The notes under the pieces are model-generated. The model did not search any database. It saw only the letters and a program-made list of their open reading frames with translations, and was not told where the DNA came from. A stretch of DNA of 64,000 nt from Takakia lepidozioides (taxonomy: Eukaryota; Plantae; Bryophyta): the NCBI GenBank assembly GCA_030704615.1, contig CM060733.1, forward strand, positions 17,732,001 to 17,796,000, in the 5' to 3' direction. Position 1 is the stretch's first letter; each line of letters opens with the position of its first letter. Shown piece after piece: positions 35,506 to 48,041 of the stretch. A program made the translations under genes and the position numbers.

Positions 35506-37588
35506 CTAGTTGCCATCACGACACCGGCCTGGACATTGCCCGAAACCATAGAAATCATGATAAGGTCCTTCTCGTTTGAAGGGGGTAGATTGCTTATTAT
35601 CAATTTTCGTTGGCACATTTCTGAATTTGGAGAGGATAAACCTGTCCTTGGGTGGTGGTGCATTCAGTTGCTTTCTGCAAAAATGATACTGAAGATCGGT
35701 TGATCTGTTACTGAGCACAGAGTACTGATGGTTCTCATTGCTATCAAAATCCTCCGGATGCCTCTGTTTAAACCATTTGTTCATCTCAATCCACTCGTCC
35801 TGGTAGTAGCCTCCCATAATTCTGTCGAAAGGCCCGTCCCTGTGGTCCAACAAGTTTAAGAGACCAGACACATGTAAGAACAATTTTCCAAATCATTCTT
35901 GTCGCAAAGCTGCAAATAGACCTACTGGGAGGTGTTTTTTCTGGAGAAGGGGGTGATTGGTTCTGGAGAGAGATTCCTATGGTTGCAAGGAGTACATTAG
36001 TTGAGGAAGGTAACAAATCATTACTTGATATTCTCAGCTCCATAGATGTGATTGGGGTTGATGTCGGAGGGAAGTCTAGCTTTACTCTGCTGCACAAATT
36101 GAAGATTGCAGACCATGTCAGTTACCCAGATAATGGCCACTCATCCAGTGGGTGGTACCAAAACACTTGTATGCAGATAAAGAAGACAATAACACATCCA
36201 GGGAAGCTAGTGACTGAATATCATCAATGGACATACGCATTACAATACCAACTTTGGATCTGAGGTAGGCAGATTCATGGAAGAGATGATGCAAGAGTGT
36301 TACAAGAAAGTGTTTGGGCTGCATCCGACAGTAAAACCGGTCCCTGGCAAGTCTTTGTTCATTTGCCCTCGTGTAGTGCCTGAGGTATGCCACATGAAGT
36401 TGAGAAACATATATGGGGAGCAGCTTAAGCTCTGCAGATGAGAGGATGGTTTCTTGTAAGAACACTACTCACCAATAGAGTAAAGAACTCTCAAGGTATG
36501 GGAAAACATGTGTACACAGCATTTGCAGCTAAGATCATCATTAATTTTACAAAGTTCGAACATAATTTGGTGTAAAGAGTGTAGAGATCATCTAGCTGTG
36601 TTTGATAGGTGAAGAGCATGCAGCAATTTACTTGATTGCGGCCATTTTGTTCATGGCCTTGAAGTCAGGACCATATCGTTCTGCTTGTGGAACAGGAATG
36701 CGCTCAATATGCACTATAACTGCTCACAGACAACACCATTCCAGTTTTAACTTCAGCAAAGTTGGGACGGATGTATCTCTACTCCATACGAAAGTGTACT
36801 GCACTAGGTGGGTTTATGCAGTTGGTCAGAATTTGTTTGTCATAACGCAGAATACGATTATACTAGAATTTCATGCCCATATAAGAATTGGGCATAACCA
36901 AAAGATCAGGACAAATTCAATGCTCCTTACTGTCATGTAAAGCTAACTCAGAGACAATAATCCAATACCCAAGCCTTTAGTTTCTTATACACATGTGGAG
37001 ATGGAAATGAGGTTGACTAGAACACAATGATCAAGTCAGTCAAGACTATTCTCACTTGTGTCACAATTCTTTGCAGGAAGGAGGTCTACTGTGGTACGAA
37101 GTGGCCACATGATGACAGAATACAACCACAATACGCACAATTTAGAGGCCCTGAGAAAGGGAGGCTCCTAGGTACCTTCTTTCACGCCAAGAGCATTTCG
37201 CTCATTCGGTTTCCCGTATATGAAGCGTTTATCTGGAAGTTTCTGTGTCGCTCTTCTTACCTGAACTCAGCAATTGACAATGAGAGAACGTGGAATAAAG
37301 AAAGTTTCAAAGTAACGAAAAGGAAACATCGAAACATTGTCCTAGAGTATGTCCAAAGAATCTCACAAGTGTTTGGGTGTTCAATTTGAATGTGATAAAC
37401 AGTCAAGGACAAGCGCACACCTAGAATCGACACTGAAAAGCAAAGCAGTGCGATATGATAAAGGAGATCTGTGCAGGAAAACTCACACGGCCAAGCTCAG
37501 CTTTGACAAGAGCGTAGTTCTGGTCAGTGGACCCCCTTACCATCCCCATTCGGGGATCATCCATCTCGGCGTACACATGCAGCCCCAT
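35506..37588 (-). CDS. CFAP77: Cilia/flagella-associated protein 77-like (FAP77/CFAP77), 230 aa; exons 37588-37541, 37260-37176, 36719-36632, 36379-36304, 36086-36025, 35839-35506
   Basis: All six exons join in phase (693 nt). Motifs LPDKRFIYG...GVKEV, GPDFKAMNKMAA, LPSDINPNHIYG, GYYQDEWI.MN and FILSKFRNVP.KID resemble the FAP77 family as recalled, not searched. Confidence 0.8.
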
Positions 37589-37724
37589 GGCTTCTCTTCA
37601 CCCACTACTTACACACCTCTTTACAAATAGACGCACTCACACACACGCTCGTTCTCTCTCCCTCCCACCTCAACACAAAATTATACTATGAACTTACCAC
37701 TAAGTCACGCCACAATCTCTTCCT

Positions 37725-37772
<48 letters not shown>

Positions 37773-37773
37773 A
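37725..37773. repeat. Compound (TC)n(AC)n microsatellite
   Basis: Seen directly; lies upstream of the CFAP77-like ATG. Confidence 0.95.
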
Positions 37774-38444
37774 GAGCCTTCTTAGAACCCCTTTACTTCC
37801 CTCAAATCTTCGCTTACTTCAGCTTGTGAGAGAGATATTTCTCTCCCTCTCTCTCTCTCTCTCTCTCGCTCGCTCGCAGATTGTCGACTCCCTCCTCTTC
37901 GGGGTGACCAGTTTAGATCGCCGCGGACGCTGTACCCACCGGTCACTACCGGTCGTCAGCGCGGCCCCCCCATCAAATTGTTTGGAAATAATCGCAGGGA
38001 CGACCGGTGAGAAGCGGCATCCGGTCACAATTTCAAACATTTAACTTAACAGCCCAGAGGGTTTAGGACACAAAACGGGGGGGTTCCCATTCGGCCGAAC
38101 CGCGCGGTCGACCGCGGCTAACTGACTCAACGCACGTAACGACTGTGTAACTGCCGATGTGACCCTTTACAGCTCCGCGGTGTGCTCTTCACCTGGAATT
38201 AGTATGCCTAACAGCCCTAGAAGGCTTTAAGAGCTGCCTGGCCAGAAATCATTACAGCAACGCGCGGAGGAGGAGATACAAGAGATAGGTTGAAGCAGGG
38301 GACGTGGATGGAAGGTGGGCTATGGGAGAGTAGAGCGTTATGTTTGAAGCCCGCAGTGTAGAAATAGATTGGCGAAGGTACGCAGAGAAGTTTGAGTTTC
38401 ATCTTTAGGTATGCCAGCAGAGAGAGGGAGAAGCGGGAGGGAAG

Positions 38445-41400
38445 ATGGGTGGTGAGCAGGTGCGAGTGCAGGGGTCTCAGCAGTTTCGTCAGCGCCTGTT
38501 GCTTGCCACCTTGGCTGGCACTACCTTGCGGATCGATGACATCCGCGCAAGAGATACGGTGCCAGGCCTGCGGGACTACGAGGCCTCTTTCCTTCGTCTT
38601 CTTGAAAAGATTAGCAATGGATGCACTGTTGAAATCAACGAAACAGGTATTTCTGAAACCGGACGTGCTCCGGAAACTTTCAATCGTGCAGGACCTATGT
38701 TGTGCATGACACCTCACAGCCAATGCTTGTTAGGACCAGTTAAATACTAGGGTTTAGTAAACGAAGAAGTATATATGGATCAAGCAGCGGCGGCTACAGT
38801 GTTGGAATAGCGTCCGTTTTTGCCTGCCAAAAATTCTTGGACATCCTCCCCTCACCTGTTGAATCCTGTCTCATTTTTCAAGGAAATTATCGTGGCAGAT
38901 CTGATGATACTTACTACCTCGGCATTATGGGCGAATGTTGTTGAAAAACTTGCAGGCACAAAATTGAGGTACAAGCCTGGGATTCTCGTTGGGGGTCGAG
39001 GCCTTGTCCACGAGTGTGGAAGTGGCCGCTCAATTGGCTATTTCTTGGAACCCCTTATTGTGCTGGGTCTATTTGGGAAAACCCCTCTTTCTATCTCCCT
39101 GAGAGGTAAGGATTCATTCTCATTGAATCCTGACAGTTTATGCTGAAGAGTGTACATCTGTGCTGTTGGCTGGTTCCGTCAATTGGCTATTTCTCAGAAT
39201 GCAGTATTGTGCTTATTCCAGTGGGGCCCGAACTAAGTCTAGATGTCTGCACAGTGGTGTATGCTGAAGAGCCTAGGTCTTCTTGTTGGCTGCTTGACTG
39301 GCAGACATGACTGTGTATATGATTCTCTTGAATGTCAAAGTTCAGACAATCCAGGAATAAGAGAGCAAGTTGAGCAGGCTGAAACAGCTTGGACAGAATA
39401 TTGATTGCAGATGCAGGAGTGTAATGAAGATTCTGAATTGCTTAGAGATTTCATGAAAGCATTAAGTACTTGAAATTACTGATGTCCCAGGGTTCAAATT
39501 GGGGTTGGAAAATGGCAGGCATAACAAATGACAGCAAGGATCCATGTGTGGACACAGTCCGGACAACTACCCTGCCAATGCTGAAGCAGTTCGGTGTGCC
39601 CATTGAGGACTTAGAGCTGAAGATTGTGACACGTGGAGCTCCCCCTCTTGGTGGTGGGGAAGTGCGACTGAAGGTTCCTATTGTGCATACAAGCCTCTCT
39701 GTGAGTTGTACCCCACCACTCTTCTCCCCAATCCCTCTCCCCTGTTTGTGTCTTCAAACTCTTAGCTCAATTGTTTCCTCTGTTGTTACAACGATTTGGC
39801 AATAGGCAATGTGTGAGAAGGAGATGTGCTTTTCTTAGACTGTTTGCTGACAGACTTCAACAGGCAGAGTCCTCCTTGGGATGTTTACCTCCTGGAATTG
39901 TATGAAGGCTGGAAATTGCCAAAGTGCTGTGGACGGCTAACAATAATCTTGTTCCCAGTGTAGGTTGATATGTAGTGAAGGGCTGGCATTGATTCAAACA
40001 CTCAGTTTTTTTAGCACCGCTGTGTAGTCTCTGTTTGACACACATGTTGTTTGCGCAGGCGGTGACATGGGTGGATGAGGGCATGGTGAAGCGTGTGAGG
40101 GGGGTTGCTTATTCAACACGTGTCTCACCACAACTGGCAAATCGAATGGTTGATGCTGCCCGCGGGGTGCTTAACCGGCTTTTGCCTGATGTTTACATCT
40201 TCACTGATCATTACTCTGGCCAAGAGTCTGGGAAGTGAGTTCCTATTTTCTTTAATATCAGTCAGTTCTCTGAGATTAGGGTAGAGAGATGACATGGGGG
40301 AAAGTACTTGGGTTTAACAGGCCCAAGAATAAGGAATGAGGAACTGACTCCATGTGAGAGCAGCACGTGTCGTATAGCTGTCTCACTAAGAGGGACTGAG
40401 AGAGACAGAATGAATGTGTTTTTGCGAGTATGTATGACTAAAGCTTTATGTAACAGGTCCCCTGGATATGGACTCTCGTTGGTTGCTGAGACTACAAGCG
40501 GGTGCCTTATAAGTGCAGAAGGGGCAGCTGCACATTCAAAAGACGAAGAGCCAGAGATTTCAGAGAAAGATGGCCTAGCCTTGCCAGAGGATATTGGAGC
40601 ACATGTGGCCATGGCTTTACTTGAAGAGATCAAGCAGGGTGGTGTGGTGGATGCTACACATCAGGTGTGTTAAAGTGAAATGAACTTTCTTACCTTCTTC
40701 TAAAACTCTGGTGTGTCCTCTGTGTGGACCTCTCCATCTGTGGTAGTTCTATGGTTTTTCTCAAACTGGTTTCTACTACTCTGTTCCTTGGGCCCTCTGG
40801 CCTCCACCGACATAAGGAAGTTCTTTCTTTCTTCCTCTCTGTTTTTATACCTTGTGACAAAGTGAATTACAAACAGAAAGCTAGTCTGGATGACCAGTGA
40901 GCATTAGGAGCCCCCCTCTCTCGTGTGTGTCCTTTTTCTTCTTCTTCAACATGCAATTGGTGGTCAAGCACAACCATATTTGTCACCTCTGTTTTCAGCT
41001 AGAGGGCTAGGGCAGAAGTGCTTATGATCAACCATGTGCTTTCGAGTATGATATCTTTTCTCTGCATACATGCACGCTCACTCCTGGTACTGGATAGGCT
41101 TTGGCTGTGCACAAGTGCTATTGCAAGTTTGAGTCCAACTTACAGTAATGGGCTGAACTGGACAAGCTCTGGTAAGGGTGATATCCTGCAGATGAGATTC
41201 TCGAGTACCTGAATATTAGCCCAGAAGAATTGACCCGGATAGATGAAGCTGACTTGGAGACTGAAGTGTCTAAAGCCATGTCAGATGCTCGAGGACTGGC
41301 CAATGAAAATGAAGTTAGGAATGAAACTTCCCTGAACTTGTTGCCAGTCTGTGACGTGGGTGAGGACCTTAGGATGGCCTGAAGGGCCTACCAACACTAG

Positions 41401-42291
41401 ACTGAAATTTAAGCTCAGGGCGGGGAGTCTACCTTTGAACAACAAACAGATGCAGAGAGGAAAGGGGGACTGTAATTGCCCAATGTGTGGGCAGCCTGAA
41501 GACAATATCCATTTCCTGATATATTGTCCAAGGTATTCTCAACAGAGGGTGACTCTCGTCAGGTCTACGAGGAACATTGTTTCTGCACCTCTGTCCACCT
41601 ATTTTGAAAATCTCGAGGCGGAGCCTAAAGCCCTGGCCCTGTTGGGGTCTCATTGATGGGCAGGTCACACACAGCAGATTGATGCTTGTGTGAAGGGCTT
41701 TCTAGAGGATATCTGGAAAGTCTGAAGTAACTGTTTATATTAAGGTAAGTCCCACTACCGGAGTGAGCCCCTCACAAAGGTAGTGTCTGTGCCCTCTTGT
41801 TCTGCCCAAACTGGAAGCGGGGTCTATGGCAAACAACGTCTTTTGAGTACATTCCTCTCTCTCTCTCTCCCTCTCTCTCCGCCGTCTCTTGTTCTGTGTT
41901 GTTTTTACTTGTCCCCCTTAGGCCCTTTTGGGCATCCTGTGGTTGTAATGAATTCCTTCTTCCTCTCTCTCTCCCTCCACACATGCCACTCACACATCTG
42001 CCCATGCTGATGCTGTGAGTTGAACTCATCATAGGAAATGTCTTAACCTCTAATGGTCATTTGTTGTTTGTCTTGGTTCAGGGCCTCCTTTTTCTTCTGT
42101 GTGCACTGTGCCCCGAGGATGTCTCAAAGGTTCGGGTAGGAAAACTTTCTCCACATGCAATTCGAACATTGAGACACATCAAGCAGTTTCTTGGGGTCCA
42201 ATTCAACATCAAAGTTGATCCAGCCACAGGCACCATTGTGTTAACCTGTGTGGGGAGTGGGTATCGGAACCTATCCCGGAAGACCTCTTAG
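38445..42291 (+). CDS. RCL1: RNA 3'-terminal phosphate cyclase-like protein, 375 aa; exons 38445-38646, 38956-39105, 39519-39700, 40059-40234, 40457-40664, 42082-42291
   Basis: GSQQFRQRLLLATL, PGLRDYEASFLRLLEK, RSIGYFLEPL, GITND, RGAPPLGGGEV, SPGYGLSLVAETT, PEDIG, CVGSGY; GT-AG introns, 1128 nt in total. Confidence 0.97.
41000..41850 (+). mobile_element. 3' fragment of a LINE (C-terminal CCHC region) in RCL1 intron 5
   Basis: RLKFKLRAGSLPLN...CPMCG..EDNIHFLIYCPRY; same family as 46830-47053 and 61680-62120. Confidence 0.75.
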
Positions 42292-43298
42292 TCACCAAGA
42301 GATGGGTGACTGTGAATGATCATCATCACCAATTTTGACGTAAAAGTCACAACCTGTGGTCTTCTACCGGGAGGCAGCTATGATGTGGGGAATTTTCGGA
42401 TGCAGTGAATTTAGAGAGACATAGGGTTGGTGACATTGATGTGGTTTTGCCATAACAAGTTTAGTCTCTTTGAGATACCACGCCAGTTGGGCTAATATCA
42501 ACTGCCAGGGTACAGCATCAGATAGATAGAGAGTGTATGGAAGGGGAGAAAGAAGCCGAAGGTCCGAATCAGAAAACAAATGAGAGACACAAGCTATGTC
42601 TCTGAAAGAAAGCCAGTATTTTTATGTAGCAGTTGGACTCCATTGGAGGTATCTAGTAAAGCTTCCTGGGAAAGCAGAGTTGGATGCTTTTGAGTTTACA
42701 TGAACAACTCGACATTTCGCCTCAAGTTTTGTGAGGAAGACTTGGGAAGTTTAGATGATTTTGGTTCACAAATTGCCATGGCCTTCGTAGGCATTGTACT
42801 TGGCAGCTGTGCCATGACCAGGAAGTTGCCCATGATTGTGCATCAAAGTAAAAACAGAGTAGGGACGCCCACTGCATCCAATCTCATGATCCTCTTTCAA
42901 TTTAGTCTTGGTATTTTTTCATGAGAGCAAATTCAGTACATCAACAGTTCAAGCCTCTTTGTCAGAAGGGGTTCCCTCCTGCATAGCTCAACCAGGGCAT
43001 TCCCATATGTCCAACTCTTGAAGGAAACAAAGTAAGAACTTCATGAGCTCAATTGTCGTCGATAGAAGTCTGCCTAACACAGCGAAGGAAAAAACTTATT
43101 AGGGCGGGGACATGGAAGTTGCCTACTAACAACTGAAAGGGCTGCCGGGGAAGGTTGACTGACTGGTGACAAGGCGGAGAAGTCAATTTTTAGAGAGGGT
43201 GCCGCTCAAGGCACTGTGACAGCAGCTCCGCAGCGTCTTCCTGGGAAATTGTTGAGTCGCACATCTATCTGCGTATATATAGATCCGAGGAGCCGGTG

Positions 43299-46200
43299 AT
43301 GGCAGCTCAAGCTTGTGTTCTTGCGTGCCCCTCCTGCTCCACTCTTGCGCGTCCTCGCCTGTGCGTGTCTCTCTATCTCTTGCCAACTTTGGTTTTTCCA
43401 AGATGATGTGTAGGTTTGCTGCATTAGTACCGGGGTCTATCACTCCGAAACTTGCTCGATGCCATGTGGTTTCTGGTCACAGCTTTGAAGCCAGCTTTGC
43501 TACATTGGGTTCCAGCTCTGATTTTGGCATTGGGAGTGAATGCTTACTCTTTTGTGTTTGCCTGCTATATGATATGCTCACTATGGATGTGTTCAATGGT
43601 GTGGTTGCGAAGGGTACACTTAGGAAGTGTAGTTCTTCACGGGGGAATTAATGAGTACGTGCATTCTCGTATTTTGTTCCGTTCTATGTAGATAGCGAGC
43701 TGAAATTTCAAGAAAAATGTGGTAGATCCATGACTTTGCACAGCTGGTTACCAGACCTTTCAATTTTGAACTGGGTGGACAGGGCTAACTTTGTCAAGTC
43801 TCCAGCTATTCAATTTTTTCAGATCCGGCGGCAGCACAACTGTCGTGCAAGATCCCAAGTCCAAGGATCGTTTCTCGAAGTCAAGGTCCCTCTTTGTTGC
43901 GCAGTATGGCAGCCAGGTAGTTCCGACAACAATCTGTTGAATATTTGAGTTCGGTTCACTGGCATTGTACAAGACACGACTTTACAGGAGTGGTAGACGG
44001 GGTTAGAAGTCGGAAAATCGTATTAACACTTTCAAAGAGATCCTTAAGCAAGTTTTGAGCAGGATCTACGTTCAGATGTGGACTTCTACGTAAGGGTATT
44101 GTTTGGGGAAGTTGCTGGATGATGTTGGTGCTGGCAATTTTGCCAATCAAAGAAAGAGATTTCCTTTCGTATATATATATATATCATCAAGCCCAGTATT
44201 ACACCTCTTAGAACCTGAATAGGCGGTTGGGGTGAGATTGACAGCTTGCCCGCCAGGCCTCCTGTGAAGCTTGACTCGAAATCAGAGTGTCCGCCACTTT
44301 TTGATGGCACAACCAGGTCAGTAGATAAAACTTCACCGACTTTTCTTTCATTTTTTTCAAGGCAAACTGTAAATGCAAACCATGTTGTGTTGGGCAAGAC
44401 ACCACATTTTCGTACTCCATTACAGGCAGACACCAAACATACATGGAATTTGTGATAATGTCCATCTTCCATCATGTGACATGAAAAGACGGCTCTTTCC
44501 TGTCTGTTGCTTACATCTGGGAGAAGGCATGCCTGATGGATAGAGGTTAACCTCTTGTTGGGTGTAGGCTATATTACAACTCCAGCAGCCCCTTTGCACA
44601 GCGAGTCTTGGTCGCTGTCAACTACAAGGTTTGTGTTACTTCCTGATGTTGCAATCGAGACAAGTGACCGCTTATGGACTGAGTTCTATGTTCACTGAAA
44701 CTCTGAAGACAGTCCTTTGATTTAATCTCTCCATTCTTTAGGATAGTTGGGCTTCCAACTTTTGGTTGGCGTTTTGGCACGGTTGGAATCCCACAAAGCT
44801 ATTGGGATGTTAGGCTTGCAAGAAACAGGAAACATTGGATGCTGTGTTGCATTTTCCAGCTGTGTAAGGTTTTCTAAATATTTGACTTCAAGAAAAGCTT
44901 AGATTTTGGCTGTGATGGACCCCGTAGATGAATGGGCAGTGGCAGATGAACACACACTGCAGTTTTTCAAGTATATTCCGCAACTTTTCCTGAAATAACA
45001 ATTGTTGAAGCATTTTTGGGACCTGTGCAAAATGTGGGAATGGATTCAGGGTCTGGCTGACATTGAACTCTTAGAAATCAGCCTTTCCGACAAGCCCATC
45101 TGGTACAAAGAAAAAGTTTACCCTGTTGGCAAAGTACGCACTCTTATCTCTGTTTTCATCCCAGTCTTTGCTTGTTAGAATCTACAGCTGTTCTCTTTTG
45201 CAGTGGCTATGATTGTCTCTTGTTTCCGGTTTGCTCAAGAAGAACAGTGGGATAAAGGCAATGGATCTTTGAGGGAGGGGAAACATCATTTTGAGCTGTG
45301 CATGTGTGTGTTGATTGGCAGGTTCCAGCACTGGAGCACAATGGTAAAGTGACGGGTGAGAGCCTTGACTTGCTGGAATACCTGGACAAACATTTTGGAG
45401 GGCCACTTCTGATTCCTACGGTAAGTAGATGCTCCTTCAGTCCCCATTCTAGGTTACTTGAACACTTTAGGTGTCCTTCTGCTCGGTCTATTCAGACTGC
45501 TGCGACTGCCTTTTGATTTGACTCGCAATTACCTTACCTTAGAAAGGACCCATGTGAATTCAGTTGAAATATATAACATGCCTTGAAGGGAAGGTTGTTG
45601 AAGAGATGAATACTAGATAAAACAATCCAGACAGTAGATAATACTTGGGGTATCTAGAATCTCAAGAAAAGGGGAAGGATATGTCAGTGAGTTTTTCATG
45701 GTGTGTGCACATGGTTGGGTGGACAGGAAGAGGCCAAGAAAGAGGCAGCAGCAGAGCTGCTGACGTACCTTGACACCTTTAATAAGGCAGGCTTCACCAT
45801 CCTGAGAATGAAGGATCCTGCACCATCGGAAATAGACGAGGCCATAAGTAAGCTGACTATGCTTTCTTCCCTTTTCGGTTTGGTGGATATGTATGTGGAG
45901 GACAACTATTATCACCTTAGGTATGAGGCAAGGAACGAACAACCAGACCATAGACACCCTGAAGAAGAACCTTAAACTCCCGGATAATGCTATTCTTGCT
46001 TTCCTTCACTCCTTGCACCTCACCACTCATCCTTAACGAAGGAAAGTGAAAAGTGGACCAATGATGCCACATAGTTAGGTCGTTCACAAAACGGGGGCAG
46101 TCCCTGGGTTCTCATTTATTCTGGCTCTGGCTGGTGTCGTCTCGCTCTCTCTCTCCGGAAAGACAGCTGTTTGGATGTAGCCTTTCACAAGGCTTCATAA

Positions 46201-48041
46201 GGAGATGGTGAGCCTGGTTTCTCTTTCTAGTTATGTGGAGCTTTGCTGATTGATGACATCTGCTGTATGTCAGGTCCTGCGCTTGATTACATAGGAAATG
46301 CACTTGGGAAATATGCAAATGAAGGACCTTTTTTCCTCGGCAAGTTTGGTGTGGTGTGTACGCAATGCCTTCACCTTTGGGATGGTTTTGAGTGATGTTT
46401 CCATGGCAAAGTCTAGCAGTGTCCTCATAGAATTGTACGTGCTTAGATGGATTCAAATACTGTCCACTTTAACACTACTGTCTTTGCATTATTCCTTCAG
46501 CAATGGGTCATTGTGAACTGCTTTGGAGGTCTCAGAGCATTGTTCTGTAGCCTTGTTACGACTGGACATCAAGTCTTCCTGAAACCTCTCTGGAGCTTAA
46601 ATTGAGGAATGTGTTGTGTTGCCATCTGGTTAGAAATTATGAAATAGGGCCAAAAACATCCATTCCAAGGATGCAGCCATTTGGTAGCTTGGGAATGTGT
46701 ATACAGAAGATTGTTTTGAACTGCTTCTAGTTTATCTAATTAGTATTAAGATAACTTTTTTTCGGAGAGAGAGAAGGAAATTGTGTAAAATCCACACACA
46801 TCGAGAATGTACTCATGAGTTGTTGTTTGCCGTAGCCTTTTGGCCATAGACCTGGTGCCCAGTATGGGCGGAACAAGAGGGAACAGACTGATTACCTTTG
46901 GTAGGGGCTCACTCGGGATATGAGTTGATAAAAAAAATTAGTTAGGGCTTTCCAGATTTCCTCTAGATAGTCCTTCACACGAGCATCAATCTGCTCTGTG
47001 TGAGCTGCCCAGCAATTGGACCTCAGCGGGGCCAGGGCTTTAGGCTCAGCGTCTAAGTGGTTATCTCTGCTGGCTTGTGAGGTGAATGTCATTCCAGGTC
47101 TTCATGATCCTTCCTGTCCATTGCTTCAGGTGGATGTTGCATATGCGCCATTTGTGGAACGGTTTGAAGTCTTTTTGTCTGGGATTAGGAACTATGACAT
47201 TACAGTCGGGCGACCAAACCTTACCAAGTGGCTTAAGGTAAGGATTCCAGTCCTCCCAAAATCATTGGTGATACAAAATTGCATCCATGTACATTTTTTG
47301 TCCCTCTATTGCCCATGGCTTTAATGCATGGAAGAAGAACATGCTTATCTTTTCTCTCTTTTATTACTTGTAATGTTTCGCTCTTCTTTCTTCGTTGCGT
47401 TTTCCAGCCCACCCCACTAGAACCAATTAAAGTGTCTGTTACCCAGTTTCCATTCCATATGGGCTCTATTTTTGTCTTCAGTTTCCCCTGTATTGAGTTG
47501 TAGACATGCAGGATATAGGTGAATACGTTTTTAGGATCTGAATGTGCTCTCTTGGAAGTCTTTTCCAGGCCACACTTTTTGTGATGTTGGGCTAGGACCC
47601 AGCCTAAGGTCTGAAAACGGGGTACTGGTCTGGGGGGAGTATAGGCTGTCAATAAGGTGGAGGCATATACAAACACCAAACTTGACCGCAGCATTCTACT
47701 GGATGAAATGAAGAGATTGATGGTAAGCTGCAACTATTTCTTTGAATTGTGGAAGGTGCAAACGAGAGATGTTTTCTAGGGATATATGATATGGGACTCA
47801 TGCTGTTGCCTTGTGGGCATAGATAGACATGGCACTAACAGTACGCAGCAGAAAGAAAAGTGGGGATAGTAGAGATGTGTTGTCCTGCCCAAGGGTTTCT
47901 TCATTTTGTTTGCTGAGAGTAGTAATACAGAAACCATTGATTGGCTTATCATGTTTTGAGATTTTCATGGAGGGAACGGTTGAATGTAAACTTTGTTTAA
48001 GATATGTTGGCGGCTTGCAGGTAAAATTTGCTAACGCTTGA
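43299..48041 (+). CDS. GSTL: Lambda-class glutathione S-transferase copy 1, active-site Ser variant (11 exons; second ATG at 43906)
   Basis: LDSKSECPPLFDGTTRLYYNSSSPFAQRV, KPIWYKEKVYP.GKVPALEHNGKVTGESLDL, GPFFLGKFGVVDVAYAPFVERF, YDITVGRPNL.KW, ending VKFANA*. The frame is intact from 43906. Confidence 0.93.
46830..47053 (-). mobile_element. LINE 3' fragment in a GSTL copy 1 intron
   Basis: Reverse complement matches 41620-41830 (cagattgatgct.gtgtgaagg....ctagagga.atctggaaag). Confidence 0.75.

Noticed and set aside
31000-37600. Initial reading as one decayed LINE
   Set aside because: The region resolves into two phase-consistent spliced genes; the LINE-like words were chance.
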